The notes under the pieces: model-generated | Seen by the model: only the letters and a program-made list of their open reading frames with translations | The model's database searches: none | What the model was told of the DNA's origin: nothing | NCBI RefSeq assembly: GCF_000143415.4 | Contig: NW_003314342.1 | Coordinates: forward strand, 206,074 to 270,073 | Length of the DNA: 64,000 nucleotides | Direction of reading: 5' to 3' | From: Selaginella moellendorffii | Lineage: Eukaryota > Plantae > Lycopodiophyta | Made by a program: the position numbers and the translations under genes | Shown here: positions 59,208 to 64,000 of the stretch, in pieces | How positions within the stretch are numbered: the stretch's first letter is position 1 | How the letters are laid out: the number at the start of each line of letters is the position of its first letter

Positions 59208-61379
59208 CGAAGGGACATTGCACGAATAAAGCAATGACCCTTCCATCTTTTTTTGGGAGTTATCAAGGGGTTCACTTAGCACCAGTTCATTTAGTGTTTA
59301 CTTTCCAAGCTCATTTTTATAATAAGATATCTCCTATTATTCTCTAATACGGGTTTGAGTTTATCTTTTATTGCTCAACCTGTTACCACATGTTGCCATC
59401 TACATTTATGTCATATGGCAAAGTAGGTTTTCATTCTTTATGGCAATGGCTGTACACACGCATGTGTGCGGGATGAGGCAGACCTGGTTGTATGTAGGTG
59501 ATCTTGAGCTTGACTTGTAGTCATTGTAGGTGGTGCTGAGTCAAACTTTTGACCTCATCATTGGTATAGATTGGTTGCGGTGCAATTATGCCAAATGTGA
59601 TTTTGAGGTTTCTCCCCTTTGTCTCATATTCCTTCCATTCCTCTCACTTCTATACCTCTTCGTCCCTTTACTTCTACCTCTGCTTCCATCACTTTTGTCT
59701 CCCCCTACTTACCGACTTATGGAGTATGCCGATCTCTTTGAATTTGACCTATCATTTGAAGCTAAGATTACAATATATCATCCTATTCCAATTGGGGATG
59801 CTCGTCTAATCAAGGTTTTCATTCTTCGTCAGTTACCCAAAGAGATTAAGATTTTACATGCAAACGTCAAGGAGATGTTGGAAAAGGGAGTTATTCAAAA
59901 GTCATAGAGTCCTTGAGCATGTGAACCTCATCTTGTGACAAAGCTTGATGGGATTATTCATTTTTGCATTGACTATCATTCATTAAATGAAGTGTGTACC
60001 CTTTTCCTCACATTACTGATTTCTTAGATCGTTTGGGGAGAAGTCATTACATCACCAAGTTAGATCTTGCTTTTGGGTACTAGCAAGTACTAATGGCTGA
60101 AGATCGACACTCTCCCCTCTTTAGGGAAGATCGACATCCTTGTTGATACATACTCTAATCTGATCACCATAAAGGAAACAACTCTATTAAAACTGTATGG
60201 TGATCACACTATGTGAGAAATGTACTAACTTAAATGAATTAGGGTAACCTCTTTGTTTAACAAGAATGCGCTACCAACTCAGACACCTTCTGGCTATTGT
60301 TGATAAGGAAATGACAAACAAAGTTAGCCACCCTTGCTACTTAAGGTGTCACTCAGCTTATAAAAGTGTGATACACCCTTGCTCGCAAATGGCATAAAGA
60401 GAGAAGCTAGAGGCCCCAACCCTCATGAACAAAGAAACTAAACCCATTGGTAAGGTTTAGATAGACTACTGTAAATAGGTAGTTAGAGTTGTTTACAAGG
60501 TCACGCCCTTTTAACAAAATAAGGAACACCAATAGAGAGTCGGGTGATGTGACCAGTCAACAATAACTACCCCATGACTAAAGATTTCACTATGTATATG
60601 AAGTGCCGAAGCTAGGCTGCTTATACTGGCCCAAACCCAAAGATCAAGAGATGGACAATATCAAAGTCATAGACAATGATATCTTAGAGACTTAATTATC
60701 AGTGATTAAATCTTATATTAGAACACAAAATTATTCCAAGTAAGTTATCATCTAATAAACCAATATATTATAGTATAAAAATCATCAAGATTATCATAAT
60801 TGGAAAACATAGGATTCAACATTGCACAAAATTCAATAGTCAGTGTACCATCAAGAACACTTAATGAGAAAACTTAATGTAGCACACATGGTTTTTACCC
60901 TTTATCCTATGGTGATTTACCATAGGATAACCACGAAGAGGAACCTAAACCCTCCATATGCCACATGTCATATGCCACTTGTCCAAAGGACAGTGGTGTG
61001 AAATCTGAGTTTTAGGGCCTTAGGCCATTGAATGAAGGAACGGTGCCAAACTCCAAGTATAGAGCCAAGGAGCAATGGCATTGGAGCATGAAACGACTTC
61101 TGAGTGTATAGCCCAATGAGTGAAAGGATAGGAGCACGAAGCAACTTAGAACAGTTCTAAAGCATCTAACATCCCAATGCTAGGACTAACATGCAAAACG
61201 GAACTAAATAGAGTTTAGCACTATTTTAACATACTGGTGGGGTACTCCACCAGCTAATATAGTGTGGAACTTGTGCTTAAACCCAAGTCAGACGCAAAAC
61301 AAAGACAAACACGCAAGCGGGAGCTAAACTATGCCTTATGTTAGTCGGCCATGCCTGACTTACCCACTATACTCTTTCA

Positions 61380-64000
61380 ATACCCAAAGTCACATTTGTG
61401 ACATTGGTGTCAACAACATCCTGTTGATGTTGATGTAATGGAAGGTCTAGATACCGAGATGCATTCGGAAAACAAGGAGTCATACGAGTAGTGAAGGGAC
61501 ATTGCATGAATAAATCAGTAACCCTTCTATCTTTCTTTTAGGAGTATCATCAAGGGGTTCATTCGGCACTAGTTCATTCAGTGTTTACTTTCCAAGCTCA
61601 TTTTTATAACAAGAGATTTCCTATTATTCTCTCCATGTTAGTTAATACAAGTTCAAGTTTATCTTCTATTTCTTGACCTGTTGCTACACGTTGCCATCTA
61701 CATTTATGTCGTGTGGCAAAGCCAATTTTCATTCTTTATAGCAATGGCTGTACACATGCTTGTGCGTGGGATGAGGCAAATCTAGTTATGCATGTAGGCA
61801 ATCTCAAGCTTGAGTTGTAGTCTGAGTCAAGCTTTTGACCTTATCGTTCGTATGGATTGGTTGGGGTGCAATCATGTCAAATATGATTTTAAGGATTCTC
61901 TTTTTATCTTATACTTCTTGATATTTCTTCCATATATCTTTTTGAATTTGACTTATCATCTGGAGCCAAGATTACAACACATCATCCTATTACAACTGGG
62001 GATGCTCGTCCAATTAAGGTTTTTATTCGTCATTGGTTACCCAAAGAGATCAAGATTTTACGTGCAAACGTCAAGGAGATATTAGAAAAGGGAGTTATTC
62101 AAAAGTTGCAGAGTCCTTGGGCGTGTGAACCTCATCTTGTAACAAAGCCTAATGGGAGTATTCATTTTTGGATTTACTATCATCCATTAAACGAAGTGTG
62201 TACCCTTTTCCTTACACTAATCTCTTGGATCGCATGGGAAAAAGTTGTTGGTTCACCAAGTTAAATCTTGCTTCTAGGTACTGGCAAGTACTAATTGCTA
62301 AAAAAAATATTCTTAAGACTACTTTTCGTACACCATTTGATTTATATGAGTTGTTGGTGATGTTGTTTGGTTTAACCAATGGTTCAGAAACTTTTCAGCG
62401 AATGATGGACAAGGTTCTTTGTGATATGCCAAAGATAACTACTAACTTCATCAATAATATCTTAATCCACTCAGAAGGAATATGAGAGGCACATGTTTGT
62501 GATATTCATAAGGTGTTAAAGTTGAAGCAGTCGAAGTGCACGTTTGGGTCCAAAGACATGATTTATCTTAGTACCGTATTTCTCATAAGGGTTTGCAAGT
62601 TGATCCTAATAAACTTGTGGCTATTCTAAAGTTTCCTACTCCGAAGTGTGTGAATGATGTGCAACACTTCCTGAGTAAGGTGCAGTATCTTAGTTGTTTT
62701 GTTAATTATCTTTCTGATCGCATTGCACCATTGTGAACATTGCTAAAGTTGTCAACAACATCTTTCATCTAGTATGTAGACTGTGAGTGGGCATTTACGA
62801 ATCTCAAAGAGCTGTTGACGACTCCTTCAATTTTGGCATATCCTAACTACACTCGACCTTTCATTTTACACGTGAATGCTTTTGATATCGGTCTTGAAGG
62901 TGTGTTGATGCAAGAGAGCCCGAGTGTGCCTAGTCAATGCCATCTCATTGCATATATCAATTGTATATTACAACCAGCGGAGGTGAATTACTCCATGATA
63001 TAGAAAGAGTGTTTAGCAGTAGTTTGGGGTTTTGAGAAACTTCATGTATATCTACATGGTTCTCAGATGTTATCATAAGGTGATCATGCTACAATTACTT
63101 CATTATTAAAATGGAAGAACTTGGTTAGTCATACTACTTGCTAAGCTTTGAAGTTTCAAATATATGATTTTGATATTCATCACCCGAGGAGTTCCATGGC
63201 TAATGTTGATGCTCTTTCTCGAGCTCCTCTTCCTTTTTTGTTCTCTTCTCATATTTCTGACAAACCTATTATTTTAGCATCTGTGGATTTTTTGGACGAA
63301 ACTTCCATGCTGTCAACAGTTGCTATACTTAATTTGCCACAACACTCGATATGGACCTTTCCACTTAGCAAAGAGCCCCTTAGATAAACCACATACCATA
63401 TGATGGGGAAAACGGACTAACACGAAGTCATCCACTTTGTACTCTATAGGTGGATGATGATAGGAGTTATAGCGCCATTGTTGTCCCACTTGTATGTGGC
63501 CCAAGTGTTCAATAAACTTTGCTCGGACAAGTGGAAAAATGCTCTTCAAATATTGATCCCATAACCTAGCATTAGCAGCTCACAGCAATCAAGAAATTAA
63601 ACCCAACTCCATTGGCAGTATTGGATAATGATCATATAGGAGTTTATATAATGAAGCACAAATAGAACTCAAAGTTCACGTACTTCATGATCATCCTTTT
63701 AAAGGTCTGAATGAGCCATTCCACCTAACCGTCTAACTGTGGCTGATAAGCACTCATGAAAGTGTGGCATATCCCCAATCGAGATGTTAAAACATGAAAT
63801 GCTTCAGCTATAAACGTAGGACTATTATCTGAAAGAATTTGCTCCGGACATGAATGTTGGAACACCACTTGATTGAGGAGGAAGTATCCAACAACAGTTG
63901 CAGACGTGCAGCAAGAGCACCGACTTCCACTCAACGGGTTAAGTAATCAAAAGCAATAATAACATACTCATTTCCAGCAGTCAATCATGAAAAGTCTCAC
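61380..64000 (+). mobile_element. Degenerate Gypsy pol region (protease-RT-RNase H on plus; integrase inverted on minus)
   Basis: FTKLNLASRYWQV, FGLTNGSETFQRMM and FILHVNAFDIG on plus. Integrase motifs (PEQILSDN, SAYQPQLDG, KWKGPYRV) are on minus from about 63340. Confidence 0.85.

Larger units (their letters stand above)
56425..60100 (+). mobile_element. Truncated Gypsy element (same family as 18-20 kb and 42-48 kb) hosting nested TRIMs
   Basis: LTR, decayed gag, protease (FDLIIGIDWL) and RT start. 55905-57655 is an inverted duplicate of about 19045-20830. Confidence 0.75.

Overview
Compact land-plant nuclear DNA. The 45-60 bp introns, very short intergenic spacers, PLS-type PPR remnants and gene content suggest a lycophyte such as Selaginella (inference). 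Three zones. (1) 0-7.3 kb is a tandem array of six genes/pseudogenes for a family of small secreted Cys/Trp-rich peptides built from a 14-aa C-x2-G-W-x-W-x4-C-x2 module, with four more copies or relics at 14.7, 15.3, 17.8 and 50.9 kb. This zone runs on through folylpolyglutamate synthase, PPR and XTH pseudogenes, a Crinkler-like P-loop NTPase + PD-(D/E)xK nuclease gene with a tandem array of phase-0 micro-exons, and decayed Copia/Gypsy pieces. (2) 28.3-42 kb is a dense housekeeping block: AXR1/NAE1, PIF1, PP1 inhibitor-2, frataxin, a long coiled-coil protein, LETM1 and a zinc-finger protein. (3) 42-64 kb is mostly decayed LTR retrotransposons, including a Cassandra-type TRIM (5S rRNA promoter in its LTRs) nested in a second TRIM nested in a Gypsy remnant. 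Most notable: the modular WxW-Cys peptide family undergoing birth-and-death evolution, inversion of the TATA-containing promoter of some of its members, the micro-exon NTPase-nuclease gene, and the Cassandra element. All calls are by eye; no database search was run.
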